From Fidelibacterota bacterium (lineage in GTDB: Bacteria > Fidelibacterota > Marinisomatia > Marinisomatales > JABMOV01): DNA of 59,177 nucleotides. Location: positions 1-59,177 of the forward strand of contig JBHHUC010000007.1 in the NCBI GenBank assembly GCA_046861395.1, given 5' to 3'. Of the stretch, positions 49,910 to 59,177 are shown one piece after another. The notes under the pieces were generated by a model, which was not told the DNA's origin, made no database searches, and was given only the letters and a program-made list of their open reading frames with translations. Both the position numbers and the translations under genes were made by a program. Each line of letters starts with the position of its first letter. Position 1 is the first letter of the stretch.

Positions 49910-50876
49910 TATCCGGACAACAGGGCTGATCGCTGCAATAGCGATTATCTGCGGAGCCGCAGTCTTCAATAGCCCTATCACTGCTTTCCCATCCCAATCC
50001 GTCCGTTATTTTCTTTCCGAAAAGGATATGCAAATCGGACGTCAGATCGATTCATTACAGATCGGTATTCCAGGCCTGAAGGTCTACTATGATGATCAGG
50101 ATCTTCCTGTTTCGGTATTATTTCTGGATAATGCCCACACTGTCTGGCAGGAGCGCCTTTATCAGTATGACGAAAAAGGAGTCCTGGCCTCCGTCACCTA
50201 TTTTGATAAATCCCGGCAGGCAACCCGCAAGACGATTTACGATCCAGAGGAAGCTTGGGCCAATTCGTTTCGGAATTTTCTATATCAGAAACCGGACAAT
50301 ATATCCTTTACCGGTTCCCGTACCGATTTTCATTTCAAACCGGACGGAACATTGGAAAAAATCACATTCTTTACCGTAACGGGGGAATCGTATGGAATGA
50401 TCCGTTTCCATTATAATTACCTGGGTTATCTTCAGGAGGAAGCCTGGTACCGTAATCCGGGACATATTCCCATTCGCCGCTTTGTATATGACTTTGATGT
50501 TCAATCCGGCGCGAAAAAGTTGTGGGAATATGATGGACAGGGAGAAGAAGTCAGTTACATTGAACTGGACATGGCGCCGGCCGATGAAATATATCCCTAT
50601 CCTCAACCCCGCACCGGAAATATTCTGGATGAAGCGGATCTTATTATTAAGGATATTCGTCGATCGGGTGTTTCACCGCCTCATCCGGTGCGTATTCCCG
50701 TCACCGTCTGGGATCGGCTGCAATACAAGAGCGGAGAAATGGTTGATATTCGACTGGTGGATATTGCGGGAGGCTATGTTACGTTCGTATTTCCCGGTGA
50801 AACAGAGGAAATCCATCTTCCCCTCGCACAGGTGAAATCGGTACGTTCCCGGTGGGGGGAATATTTATATCCGTAA
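49887..50876 (+). CDS. Hypothetical exported protein with YD-like beta-hairpins and a small C-terminal domain
   Basis: Long ORF overlapping the upstream stop, with an N-terminal hydrophobic stretch and Y.YD..G repeats. Confidence 0.65.
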   Translation: MRIYNRINIRTTGLIAAIAIICGAAVFNSPITAFPSQSVRYFLSEKDMQIGRQIDSLQIGIPGLKVYYDDQDLPVSVLFLDNAHTVWQERLYQYDEKGVLASVTYFDKSRQATRKTIYDPEEAWANSFRNFLYQKPDNISFTGSRTDFHFKPDGTLEKITFFTVTGESYGMIRFHYNYLGYLQEEAWYRNPGHIPIRRFVYDFDVQSGAKKLWEYDGQGEEVSYIELDMAPADEIYPYPQPRTGNILDEADLIIKDIRRSGVSPPHPVRIPVTVWDRLQYKSGEMVDIRLVDIAGGYVTFVFPGETEEIHLPLAQVKSVRSRWGEYLYP

Positions 50877-50941
50877 TGGCAACTATTTAACGCTGTTACC
50901 GATACCCGGATTCGTCTTAAATTGAAGATAAGTAATAAAAA

Positions 50942-51721
50942 ATGGAACAGATAATGAGATACAAATTTGCCGTTTATATATTTCTCATATCGTCGGTATT
51001 TTCGCAGGGGGCGTCCTACCCGCCACCGACGACATTAATCACCTCACCTACGGCCGGGACTCTGGTGCGTGGCAGTTTTTCATTTGAATTACGCATTCAG
51101 AACAACGGAGGGATTATGTCGGGGCTGTCCGCCGGAATTACCGACCGTTTTCAGTTCGGAGTATCATTCGGTGCCAATAATTTCATCGGAGATGACAGCC
51201 TAATGTGGTATCCGCGTCCGGAAGCAAATCTGAAATACCGTATCGTTGACGAAACCATGTCCTTGCCGGGCTTGTCGCTGGGAATAAATACCCAGGGCTT
51301 TGGCCGGTATCGTGAGGATATGAAACGCTATGACACCAAAGCCTACGGTGTGTATCTGGCGGCCAGCAAGAACTGGAAATTTGTCCTGGGGAATATGGGT
51401 CTGCACGGTGGAGTGAATTACAATTTTACAGAGACAGCTGATGGTGACAAAGACCCCAATCTGTATTTTGGCTTTGATATGGAGTTAAACCCTGAATTGG
51501 CGTTATTGCTGGAATACAACGGAGCTTTTAATGAAAATAATAAGGATATCCGGACGATGGCATTGAATACGGGCGGTTATCTCAATGCGGCGGTTCGCTG
51601 GACCTTTGTACAACATTTGCATATTGAAATCGATTTTAATAATATTTTATTCAACAAGGACAATGAAGATATTGATTATTTCAACCGGGAAATTAAACTC
51701 ACGTACATTGAATACTTTTAA
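50942..51721 (+). CDS. Outer-membrane barrel, YjbH-domain-like
   Basis: LI..PTAG.L..G, Y.AASK, LE Y, GYLNA..RW, C-terminal F. Confidence 0.7.
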   Translation: MEQIMRYKFAVYIFLISSVFSQGASYPPPTTLITSPTAGTLVRGSFSFELRIQNNGGIMSGLSAGITDRFQFGVSFGANNFIGDDSLMWYPRPEANLKYRIVDETMSLPGLSLGINTQGFGRYREDMKRYDTKAYGVYLAASKNWKFVLGNMGLHGGVNYNFTETADGDKDPNLYFGFDMELNPELALLLEYNGAFNENNKDIRTMALNTGGYLNAAVRWTFVQHLHIEIDFNNILFNKDNEDIDYFNREIKLTYIEYF

Positions 51722-51733
51722 CCAGGAGGGATC

Positions 51734-52498
51734 ATGATACGGAATACAATCATCGCTTTGTTTACGCTGGCAATGCTCTTTGCCCAATCTGATTTTGAAC
51801 AAGGTGTAACATGGTATAATAACCGGGCCGAAGGACACCAGGCCAATCGGGCACAAGCGGCAGCCATTACCAAGGCAATCGGGTTTTTTGAAAAAGCCTA
51901 TGCCAATCCGGACACAAAACGCGATGCCGGCTTGTATTTACTGAAATGTCACTATTATCGGGGAAAATTTGCTCATACCGATGATGATAAAAAGAAAGAA
52001 GAATTCAACGCTGGAACCGACCTGGGGCGAGAATTGATGAAAGCGTATCCCGATGATGTTGCCATCCGTTACTGGTACCTGGTAAATCTTGGTAGTTGGG
52101 CCGAAGTCTATGGTATTCTGGCCGCTGCCAAAGAAGGAGTAGCCGACCAGATGAGGGAACATTCCGAATTCATTATTGCCAAGGATCCGGCCTATAACGA
52201 CGGTGCCGGTTATTTTATGCTTGGAGCAGTTCATTTTAAAACGCCATATATTCCCTTTCTGTTGAGCTGGCCGGACAATGATGATGCGCTGGCCAACATG
52301 GAAAAAGCGGTGAATACGGGTCTGGCTACCCCCACCCAGAAAGTCTATCTGGCCCAAATCGTTCGGAAGAAAGGGGATAAGAAAAAATCGATAGAAATCC
52401 TGAAAGAAGTGATTGCAACTCCTCCCCGGGATGAATTTATTGTGGAGGACCTGGACGAAATCCAGAAAGCCAAATCTTTGCTTGAGGACTGGTCCTGA
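51734..52498 (+). CDS. Secreted helical-repeat (TPR/TatT-like) protein
   Basis: RBS AGGAGG and signal peptide. All-alpha pattern YW....G..A..YG...A, DP.Y..G..Y..LG. Confidence 0.75.
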   Translation: MIRNTIIALFTLAMLFAQSDFEQGVTWYNNRAEGHQANRAQAAAITKAIGFFEKAYANPDTKRDAGLYLLKCHYYRGKFAHTDDDKKKEEFNAGTDLGRELMKAYPDDVAIRYWYLVNLGSWAEVYGILAAAKEGVADQMREHSEFIIAKDPAYNDGAGYFMLGAVHFKTPYIPFLLSWPDNDDALANMEKAVNTGLATPTQKVYLAQIVRKKGDKKKSIEILKEVIATPPRDEFIVEDLDEIQKAKSLLEDWS

Positions 52499-52512
52499 AC
52501 CGTTAGCCCATC

Positions 52513-53055
52513 ATGGAACTGGAAGAGCGCCGACGGACCTCCGAACAGGTATATTCTGGTCGGTTGCTGAAGGTATATCGTGATACGGTCGAACTGCCCA
52601 ACGGACGGTTATCGGATCGCGAATATATTAAACATCCTGGCGCTGTAGTCATTATTCCCCTGCTGCCGGATGACCGTCTTATGCTGATCCGGCAATATCG
52701 TTATCCCATGGGGAAAATCCTGATTGAACTCCCGGCCGGAAAGCTGGATCCGGGCGAATCGAAGCTGGATACAGCCCGACGGGAATTGGAAGAGGAAACC
52801 GGTTACCGATCCGAATCATTCACGGAATTAGCCGAAATCCATCCCTGCATCGGCTACAGCGATGAAAAAATGTGGCTCTATCTTGCCACGGATTTAATTC
52901 AGAGCAGACAACAAACAGATCAGGATGAGTTTATTGAACTCCTACCCGTTGCGGTTCCGGATGCACTGAAAATGGTCTGGAGCGGCCAGATTACTGATGT
53001 AAAAACCATCATAGGTATCCTGTGGTGTCAGCGTTACCTTGAAACTCAATCCTGA
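52513..53055 (+). CDS. NUDIX hydrolase, ADP-ribose pyrophosphatase-like
   Basis: HPGAV, QYRYP, ELPAGKLDPGE...TARRELEEETG Nudix box. Confidence 0.93.
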   Translation: MELEERRRTSEQVYSGRLLKVYRDTVELPNGRLSDREYIKHPGAVVIIPLLPDDRLMLIRQYRYPMGKILIELPAGKLDPGESKLDTARRELEEETGYRSESFTELAEIHPCIGYSDEKMWLYLATDLIQSRQQTDQDEFIELLPVAVPDALKMVWSGQITDVKTIIGILWCQRYLETQS

Positions 53056-54034
53056 CAGTACGCCAACGTCCTCCCCTCAGTCCCTGAAAGAACTCATTCA
53101 ACTTTCTGCCCGGGAATTGGGCTTTGACCACCTTGGTTTTGCCCGTGCTCAACCCCTTACTCAGCCCACCGAACGATTGGAGCAATGGCTCGCGCGCGGT
53201 CACCATGCCTCTATGGGCTGGCTGGAAACTCGGCGGAAGGAACGAATGAATATTCATGAATATTTTCCGGGGGCCAGGACCATGATATCCCTCACCATGA
53301 ATTATTATACCGGAACCACCCGGGAAAGGATCAATCAGACAGAAGGAAAGGTCAAGATTTCCAATTATGCCTGGGGTGATGATTATCATCGGTTAATCAA
53401 ACAGAAATTGATGACACTGAAACGTAGAATCCTCGATCATGACCCATCCCTGACCATTCTGACCTGCGTGGATACGTCCCCGGTCATGGAAAAAGCCTGG
53501 GCGGAGCAGGCCGGCTTGGGCTGGATCGGCAAGCATACCAATCTTATCACCCGCGATCGCGGCAGTTGGCTCTTCCTGGCAGAACTGATTCTGAATATCG
53601 ATCTGGAACCGGATAGGCCTTTTACCAGCGATTTATGCGGGACCTGTACGGCCTGTATCGATGCTTGTCCGACTCAGGCTCTAACGGAATATGAGCTGGA
53701 CGCACGGAAATGTATTTCTTATCTGACCATTGAACACCGGGGCCCGCTGCCGGAAGACCTCAGTGATCGGTTTCAGGGCTGGATCTATGGGTGTGATATC
53801 TGTCAGGAAGTATGTCCCTGGAATCATAAATTTTCACAACCCAGCCCGGAACCGGCTTTCCAACCGCAGGAAGCGTTGAGCAGTTGGACGGTAATAGACT
53901 GGCAACAATTGGATAAACAGCAATTTACCGGTCTGTTTAGGCACTCTGCGATAAAAAGGACTAAATTTGAAGGCTTAAAGCGAAATATTCAGGTCGCTTT
54001 TCCGAAAAAAGAACCTATAAATAATGATGAATGA
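53039..54034 (+). CDS. queG: tRNA epoxyqueuosine reductase
   Basis: YAWG.DYH, VDT.PV.EK, GLGW.GK, CG.C..C..ACPT, CISYLTIE, GCDICQ.VCPWN. Confidence 0.96.
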   Translation: MKLNPDSTPTSSPQSLKELIQLSARELGFDHLGFARAQPLTQPTERLEQWLARGHHASMGWLETRRKERMNIHEYFPGARTMISLTMNYYTGTTRERINQTEGKVKISNYAWGDDYHRLIKQKLMTLKRRILDHDPSLTILTCVDTSPVMEKAWAEQAGLGWIGKHTNLITRDRGSWLFLAELILNIDLEPDRPFTSDLCGTCTACIDACPTQALTEYELDARKCISYLTIEHRGPLPEDLSDRFQGWIYGCDICQEVCPWNHKFSQPSPEPAFQPQEALSSWTVIDWQQLDKQQFTGLFRHSAIKRTKFEGLKRNIQVAFPKKEPINNDE

Positions 54035-54046
54035 ATCGGAGGTCAT

Positions 54047-54709
54047 ATGCCAACAGTAGGACTTGTCTTATCCGGTTGCGGATATCTGGACGGAGCTGAA
54101 ATTCAGGAAACGGTCATCACGATGCTGGCTCTGGACCGAGCCGGGGTCGATATGGTTTTCATGGCACCCAATATTGAACAACTTCACACCATAAACCACC
54201 AAACGGGCGAAGAAATAGGCGGTATGTCCCGGAATGTACTGGTGGAATCGGCCCGCATTACCCGTGGTAATGTTCAGGATATCACTACCGTGGACCCGAA
54301 TGAACTGGATGCTCTGATTTTCCCCGGAGGCTTCGGGGTGGCGAAAAACCTGTGTGACTATGCCATGGTGGGAGCTGATTGCAGTGTGAATCCGGGTGTA
54401 GAAGCTCTGGCTACTGCCATCCATGACGCCGGCAAACCCATTGGTGTCATTTGCATTGCCCCAGCGATGATGGCCAAAATAATGGGTAATAGCGGGATTC
54501 AGGCGGACCTGACCATCGGCAGCGATGAAGGAACGGGAAATGATATTCGTGCCATGGGAGGCCGTCCGGTCACCTGTCCGGTACAGGAAATGGTAGTGGA
54601 CAAGGAGCAAAAGATTGTGTCAACTCCGGCCTACATGGAAGCACAACGCATCAGCGAAGCCGCGGCTGGAATTGAAAAACTGGTGCAGGAAGTATTAAAT
54701 CTGATTTAA
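54047..54709 (+). CDS. elbB: ElbB glyoxalase (DJ-1/PfpI family)
   Basis: LSGCG.LDG.EI.E, RNVL.ESARI.RG, PGGFG.AKNL, CIAP, TPAYM. Confidence 0.95.
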   Translation: MPTVGLVLSGCGYLDGAEIQETVITMLALDRAGVDMVFMAPNIEQLHTINHQTGEEIGGMSRNVLVESARITRGNVQDITTVDPNELDALIFPGGFGVAKNLCDYAMVGADCSVNPGVEALATAIHDAGKPIGVICIAPAMMAKIMGNSGIQADLTIGSDEGTGNDIRAMGGRPVTCPVQEMVVDKEQKIVSTPAYMEAQRISEAAAGIEKLVQEVLNLI

Positions 54710-55600
54710 TTATTCCCGGACGGAAATATTGACCGATCCGAGGCCGACACTTACATCCAGATTCAAGACCGGAACGCCCGGTTTCCAGTTTGGTGTAACC
54801 CAGTAATCCTGCCGTTCTTCGACCAATCCCAGAACGGATACCTTGGAGAGAAAAGAATCACTGACGCGAATCTTTATATTGGCATGTCGCGGCAGGATGA
54901 GATCTAAGTCACCCAACCCGACTTCAATATTGAAGTCCGTATCCACCAGGCGATCACCGCGAAAATCAATATCCGTACTGCCCAGACCAACATCCAGGTC
55001 AATGTCATTGGCCCGTAAATTTCCCAGTCCGACTACATTAAGATCACCCAGGCCGCTTTCGATTTTCAATTTTCTGGATCGAACCGGATTAGGGGAATGA
55101 ATTTCCAGATTGACATCGCTTAAACCGCATTCAATTGCCATACGCTCAATACGAAGGCCGGATAAATCAATATCGGCGTTTCCAAAGCCGAATTCAAGCC
55201 GTAACCCTAGGTCGATCTTTAGCGGTAAAGCCAGGTCAATGTCACAATTCTTATCCTTGAAGGTGAGTGATTTATAATTGGAAAAATTAATATCGCCATT
55301 AAAATGGATCGAATCCGAATCATCAAACTGGATCATGAAATCGACCTGTTCATTTCGCGGTGTGAATGTTAACCATGGCTGTTTTTGTGAAGGGTCATAA
55401 GTCAGCATCCCGGAAATGATATAACGTCCGGAACCGGGTTTGATGGTCAAATCACCCAGGCCATAGTCCACGGTTGCATTCAGAAAAGAATAATCTTTGA
55501 CAGAATAGCGGAAATGATCAATGACCGTTTGCTGGGTGCTATCTGCCATCCAGGCAGAAGCGGTCATGAGAAAGGAAAACAGGATTGACTGTATTTTCAT
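54710..55600 (-). CDS. Secreted beta-solenoid (LiaF/'toast-rack'-like) hypothetical protein
   Basis: Signal peptide. Repeated G.G...ID(L/F) units (GFGNADIDL, GLGDLNV, GLGSTDIDF, GLGDLDL, GLGSVNI). Confidence 0.7.
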   Translation of the reverse strand: MKIQSILFSFLMTASAWMADSTQQTVIDHFRYSVKDYSFLNATVDYGLGDLTIKPGSGRYIISGMLTYDPSQKQPWLTFTPRNEQVDFMIQFDDSDSIHFNGDINFSNYKSLTFKDKNCDIDLALPLKIDLGLRLEFGFGNADIDLSGLRIERMAIECGLSDVNLEIHSPNPVRSRKLKIESGLGDLNVVGLGNLRANDIDLDVGLGSTDIDFRGDRLVDTDFNIEVGLGDLDLILPRHANIKIRVSDSFLSKVSVLGLVEERQDYWVTPNWKPGVPVLNLDVSVGLGSVNISVRE

Positions 55601-55608
55601 AATGTGTC

Positions 55609-57129
55609 CTAAAAGGGGAAATTAAACCTGACGGTGGTATCGATGGTATTGAATCTTTCCAACGGAGTTGCGATGGTAAATCCCAGGTTGGGATCTCCGT
55701 CATCATTGAAACTGATACCCAGCCCGACGGATTGGATCATATTGTGGCGATCGTGACGCAGGTCCATGAAGGTGTGGTCCGTTTTTAACCAGGCTTCTCC
55801 AATATCATAGAAGGGATAGATCGTGAAACTCTCGTCCAGAAAATCCGGGGTGAAATAGAGCGCGATATTGGCCTGAAACATTTCTTCCCCCGTCAGAACC
55901 TTATAGGGATAGGCTGCTACCGATCCCAGTCCGCCGACACTGAAGCGGCGAAAGGCCGGGACATCCCCGATCATGGTGCCGCCAATCAATCGGGTGCGTA
56001 AGACCAGTCCGGGAGAGAATTCCCAGTTCAGAATTCCCAGGGCAAAGATGCGACTGACATCTCCCAGCGGGTTGGGAATGAAGCCGCCATCCATGTAACC
56101 GGTAATATGCACCAATCCGGCAAACCCGGTTTTAAAGGGATGGAAACGGCTGGTACGAAGGGCAATGGTAGTTTCGATATATTTTACCGGACCGGGCTCA
56201 AAGGTGGAAAAATTCGGTCGTAATGCACGGTTGTTCTGGAAGAGACTCCAGGCTTCGATGACGGAAAACGTATCCTGTTCGGCCGCCACCCAATTTATCT
56301 TCAATTTCAGAAAGGAAATGTCGATGCCGAAACCCGCCTGGGCACCCTTTTCATACCAGCGGTCATACCAATCCTGGCGGGCAATAATATTCGCTGCCGT
56401 ATTCTCCGATTGTGGTAAACGGTAACCATCATCCGTCTTGGTGAGATGGAAGGCACCCAGGAACAGGACCAAGTGCCGGTTCATTCCGAAACGTCTTTCA
56501 AAGCCCACCTGGCCTACGGGCATATCCTGGCCGAAACGGTATCCGAGGTTCAATGTCAGACGATAAGGGGATTTGCCATCATAGTTCCAGGACGGATTGA
56601 TGGGGATCAATACCAATCCTTCATTCCGGTTATACGTCAATACGTCGGGATCGGGGAAAATCCAGTCAAACTGGGCCTGCTTGCTTAGGGCTTCGACACC
56701 GAATTCCGTTTCACCTTCCAGGGTTTCTTCCTGCTCATATTCACGGTAGATCAAACCTTCCTTAATATTTGTTTCAATGACGGATCCGGTAATAGTCGCT
56801 CCTTCTTCCGTATGAATGGATCCTCCGATGGCAATGATTTTTCCCCGGATCAGGGCGGTTTCGTACAAAAAGACATCCCCGCCTACAACGGTAATGACAC
56901 CATCTACCGTGCCGTACACAAATAGATTTCCGCCGATAATCCGTATTTTATCTTCCGAAACGACACCGGCATCGATCGTGTGATCACCGAAAAATTTCAT
57001 TTCCCGGACCGATTGATTAGCGATAGGTGTCCCCGGACCGGTATTGTTTGTGGCTGGAAAACCGGAGTCCGGTTTCTGTCCCTGGATTCCGGAGAGAAAA
57101 AGTATTCCAATGAGAATTCGTATAAACAT
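55609..57129 (-). CDS. Bactofilin-like beta-helix fused to an Omp85/BamA-like barrel
   Basis: Signal peptide. IGGNL.V.G.VDG...VGGDV...A.I.G....IGG repeats, then YNR.EGL, F.VGG.GS...Y, FYD.G.AW, S.G.G, C-terminal F. Confidence 0.7.
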   Translation of the reverse strand: MFIRILIGILFLSGIQGQKPDSGFPATNNTGPGTPIANQSVREMKFFGDHTIDAGVVSEDKIRIIGGNLFVYGTVDGVITVVGGDVFLYETALIRGKIIAIGGSIHTEEGATITGSVIETNIKEGLIYREYEQEETLEGETEFGVEALSKQAQFDWIFPDPDVLTYNRNEGLVLIPINPSWNYDGKSPYRLTLNLGYRFGQDMPVGQVGFERRFGMNRHLVLFLGAFHLTKTDDGYRLPQSENTAANIIARQDWYDRWYEKGAQAGFGIDISFLKLKINWVAAEQDTFSVIEAWSLFQNNRALRPNFSTFEPGPVKYIETTIALRTSRFHPFKTGFAGLVHITGYMDGGFIPNPLGDVSRIFALGILNWEFSPGLVLRTRLIGGTMIGDVPAFRRFSVGGLGSVAAYPYKVLTGEEMFQANIALYFTPDFLDESFTIYPFYDIGEAWLKTDHTFMDLRHDRHNMIQSVGLGISFNDDGDPNLGFTIATPLERFNTIDTTVRFNFPF

Positions 57130-57131
57130 GG

Positions 57132-58367
57132 CTAATCCTTATTGATTATAACCCGTCCGAAATGCGATTCGATACGGACGGTGTTTTGTTCCGCTCCCAG
57201 TATTCCGCTGGCTTTGACCACCATTCCGTTGTACTGGATATCTATGGGGAAAAAAGTTTCGACAGCGTCCCGGCTTTCCGTTCCGGTGACCGTAATGGAA
57301 AACCGGGCCTGAAAGGAAGACGGTAAAATCACGTATACATCACCGTAGCGGGTGTTCAGATCGATGTCCTGGGAGGAACCATGGGTTCCCAGGACTTTAT
57401 ACACGCTGATGTCGCCATGATTGCTCACAGCTGAAATCCGGCCTCCGGCATTTTCAATCTGAATGGTTCCTGAGCCTGTCTCGGCGATGATATCACCGCT
57501 GACATTATCCAGTTCAATATCACCGGATTGTGTTTCCGCGGTAATATTTCCCAGCACATCTTCAAGATATATATCCCCGCCGCTGGTTTTGAGGGTTATA
57601 TCGGCGGTGATATCATTGACATCGATATCGCCCCCGTTGGATTCGGCCGTAATCGTGTGACCTTCAATCGTACTGATTTCAATTTCACCACCGCTGGTAA
57701 AGAGAGTCACATTTCCTCTGTTCAGTTCCACATCCAGATCGCCGCCAAAAGTGGTCAGGGATAATATCCCCTCCGTATCGATGGAGGAAATATCGCCGCC
57801 GGAGGTCTGCAGTGTAATATTTCCATGAGCATGCCGGATATCGATGTCGCCGCCCTTGGTATTGGCCTGAATTTTTCCTGCCAGCTGTGCCAGGTCAATA
57901 TCTCCTCCGGCTGTGCTGAGATTCAATTCACCGGCTACATTATTGATATCGATGTCCCCGCCCTGATTGACCAGAAAGACACTCGTCTGTTTGGGAACAC
58001 GCACATTATAATCAAGATCAAACCGAAGCGGAGTGTCGTAGGAACCGATAATATCAATGATACCGTTGACATCATCATAATGAATCCGGGCCTTGATCTT
58101 GCCATAGGCCTGACGAGCTTTACGCTTACTGGGGGAATAAATCTTCATTTTTTCCACAACCTGAACCGTCGCTCCGTCATCCCCGGAAATGGTGATATCG
58201 CCGGAAATATTGTGCATATTCAATACCAGCAACGTATTCCGGTCGATATCAATCTGGTAGACCGTTTCACCTGAATATCTTGCTTTTTCATCCAGTCCGA
58301 ATGAATCAAAGATATCCTGGCAGAAAATCAATTGGACCAGGCTGAAGGCAAAGAGAAAATACTTCAA
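57132..58367 (-). CDS. DUF4097-type beta-strand repeat protein
   Basis: Many T.GGDI/SGDI repeats spaced about 18 aa apart. Signal peptide. Confidence 0.88.
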   Translation of the reverse strand: MKYFLFAFSLVQLIFCQDIFDSFGLDEKARYSGETVYQIDIDRNTLLVLNMHNISGDITISGDDGATVQVVEKMKIYSPSKRKARQAYGKIKARIHYDDVNGIIDIIGSYDTPLRFDLDYNVRVPKQTSVFLVNQGGDIDINNVAGELNLSTAGGDIDLAQLAGKIQANTKGGDIDIRHAHGNITLQTSGGDISSIDTEGILSLTTFGGDLDVELNRGNVTLFTSGGEIEISTIEGHTITAESNGGDIDVNDITADITLKTSGGDIYLEDVLGNITAETQSGDIELDNVSGDIIAETGSGTIQIENAGGRISAVSNHGDISVYKVLGTHGSSQDIDLNTRYGDVYVILPSSFQARFSITVTGTESRDAVETFFPIDIQYNGMVVKASGILGAEQNTVRIESHFGRVIINKD

Positions 58368-59176
58368 TGAAGGACCTCGATTTCATCATCGAAAGCACTG
58401 GAGCCCAACAGGGCCAGGATTTCCCGCGCCTGGTTCCGGATATAGACATTTTCATCCATGGCATTTACCACTCGCAAGGTGGGAATGATGGAGGGATCCG
58501 GGAAACGGGACAGAATGGTGATTGCTTCCTTACGTACGGCATCATTCTCTTCTTCCAGCAACACCTTCTGACAAGCCTGCAGCAGGGTGGGCGAAGTTGT
58601 TTCAATGGATTGCAGAGCACGGGCGGCTTTCATACGTACCCCGCTATTCACATCGGTTAACATCGAAGAAATCAGGACCAGTTGTGCATCTTCCGGCAAG
58701 GGGTTGTGTTGCAGGAAATCAATAGCTTTCAGGCGGTTGCCTACATTTTTATCATTCAAAGCAAGATACTGTACCAGTTCCTGAAGTTGGCTATCGCCTA
58801 AATCTCCGCTAACCACCAGGTATTCTGTCGTTTCCAGGGCGACCTGCAAGGGTTGAGACGTATTTCCGGTATAGTATAACCGGGCATTTCGGATCATACC
58901 CTGCTCAAGAATTTCTTGCAGACGTAGCTGATTCGGGTCCGTCTGTGGTGCCGGAGTCGGTGCGAGGGTGTAACGGCCGATTACAAAGGCAATGACCGCA
59001 TACATGGCCACTGCCCAGACCGGCTGCCGGGTATCGGCAATGAAGCCGATAAAAGATTGCCACATGCGTTGCAGGCGGCGCCAAATGCTTTCCTTATTTT
59101 GGGATAGGGCGATCTGGGCGATTCGTCCTTCCAGCAAAGTCCGTTGATTCTCTAGATAGTCTTTTGTGGGACGCAT
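58364..59176 (-). CDS. Membrane-anchored HEAT-repeat protein, probable anti-sigma factor (5' end probably outside the window)
   Basis: One TM helix followed by D.N.G.RLKA, D.NSGVR.KA..AL and E.N..VR..AI..L HEAT-like repeats. Confidence 0.7.
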   Translation of the reverse strand: MRPTKDYLENQRTLLEGRIAQIALSQNKESIWRRLQRMWQSFIGFIADTRQPVWAVAMYAVIAFVIGRYTLAPTPAPQTDPNQLRLQEILEQGMIRNARLYYTGNTSQPLQVALETTEYLVVSGDLGDSQLQELVQYLALNDKNVGNRLKAIDFLQHNPLPEDAQLVLISSMLTDVNSGVRMKAARALQSIETTSPTLLQACQKVLLEEENDAVRKEAITILSRFPDPSIIPTLRVVNAMDENVYIRNQAREILALLGSSAFDDEIEVLH

Positions 59177-59177
59177 G

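Noticed and set aside
15700..50940. Recurrent TAnnTT-like motifs in short intergenic gaps as promoter elements
   Set aside because: Too short and degenerate to call by eye without TSS data or a motif search.
23094..53055. rdgB and the NUDIX gene as part of the nucleic-acid utilisation locus
   Set aside because: Both are common housekeeping genes separated from the locus by unrelated genes, so proximity alone is weak evidence.
57400..58000. Recurring ATATC..CC.CC nucleotide motifs as a CRISPR or tandem repeat
   Set aside because: They are the coding GGDI repeats of the DUF4097 protein and are degenerate at wobble positions.

Overview
About 59 kb of gene-dense bacterial chromosome. It most likely comes from a non-Bacteroidota FCB-group lineage (Marinisomatota/Calditrichota/Ignavibacteria-like). 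That assignment is inferred from the SprA, PorV-like and FlgD-type C-terminal-domain (CTD) gene set, not from a marker gene. Positions 1-1.8 kb are an AT-rich decaying patch with a tRNA-3'-like fragment, a REP-like hairpin, MarR and a DoxX pseudogene. Positions 1.8-15.7 kb hold transport, signalling and stress genes: TrkH, MFS, a PAS histidine kinase broken by one stop, an LPS-type kinase, a methyltransferase, hemerythrin, an N-domain-less ClpB, SixA, an ATP-cone/uridine-kinase-like fusion and a GMC oxidase. Positions 15.8-54.7 kb are one + strand run of mostly envelope genes built around a type IX secretion (T9SS) SprA translocon. The run includes a glutaminyl-cyclase-like M28 lipoprotein, three PorV/PorQ-like barrels, five CTD-bearing proteins and a TonB-dependent receptor. 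The best candidate for an undescribed system is at 36.3-49.9 kb: a DNase I-like secreted nuclease, a CTD partner protein, a c-type-cytochrome/OB-fold-repeat surface protein, a lipoprotein, the TonB receptor, a dedicated PorV-like barrel and an NHL lipoprotein. It looks like a T9SS-built extracellular nucleic-acid utilisation locus with no SusD. The right end is an envelope-stress-type operon (HEAT anti-sigma-like, DUF4097, bactofilin-like/barrel). No rRNA, intact tRNA, CRISPR array or intact mobile element was seen. All assignments come from motif recognition by eye.
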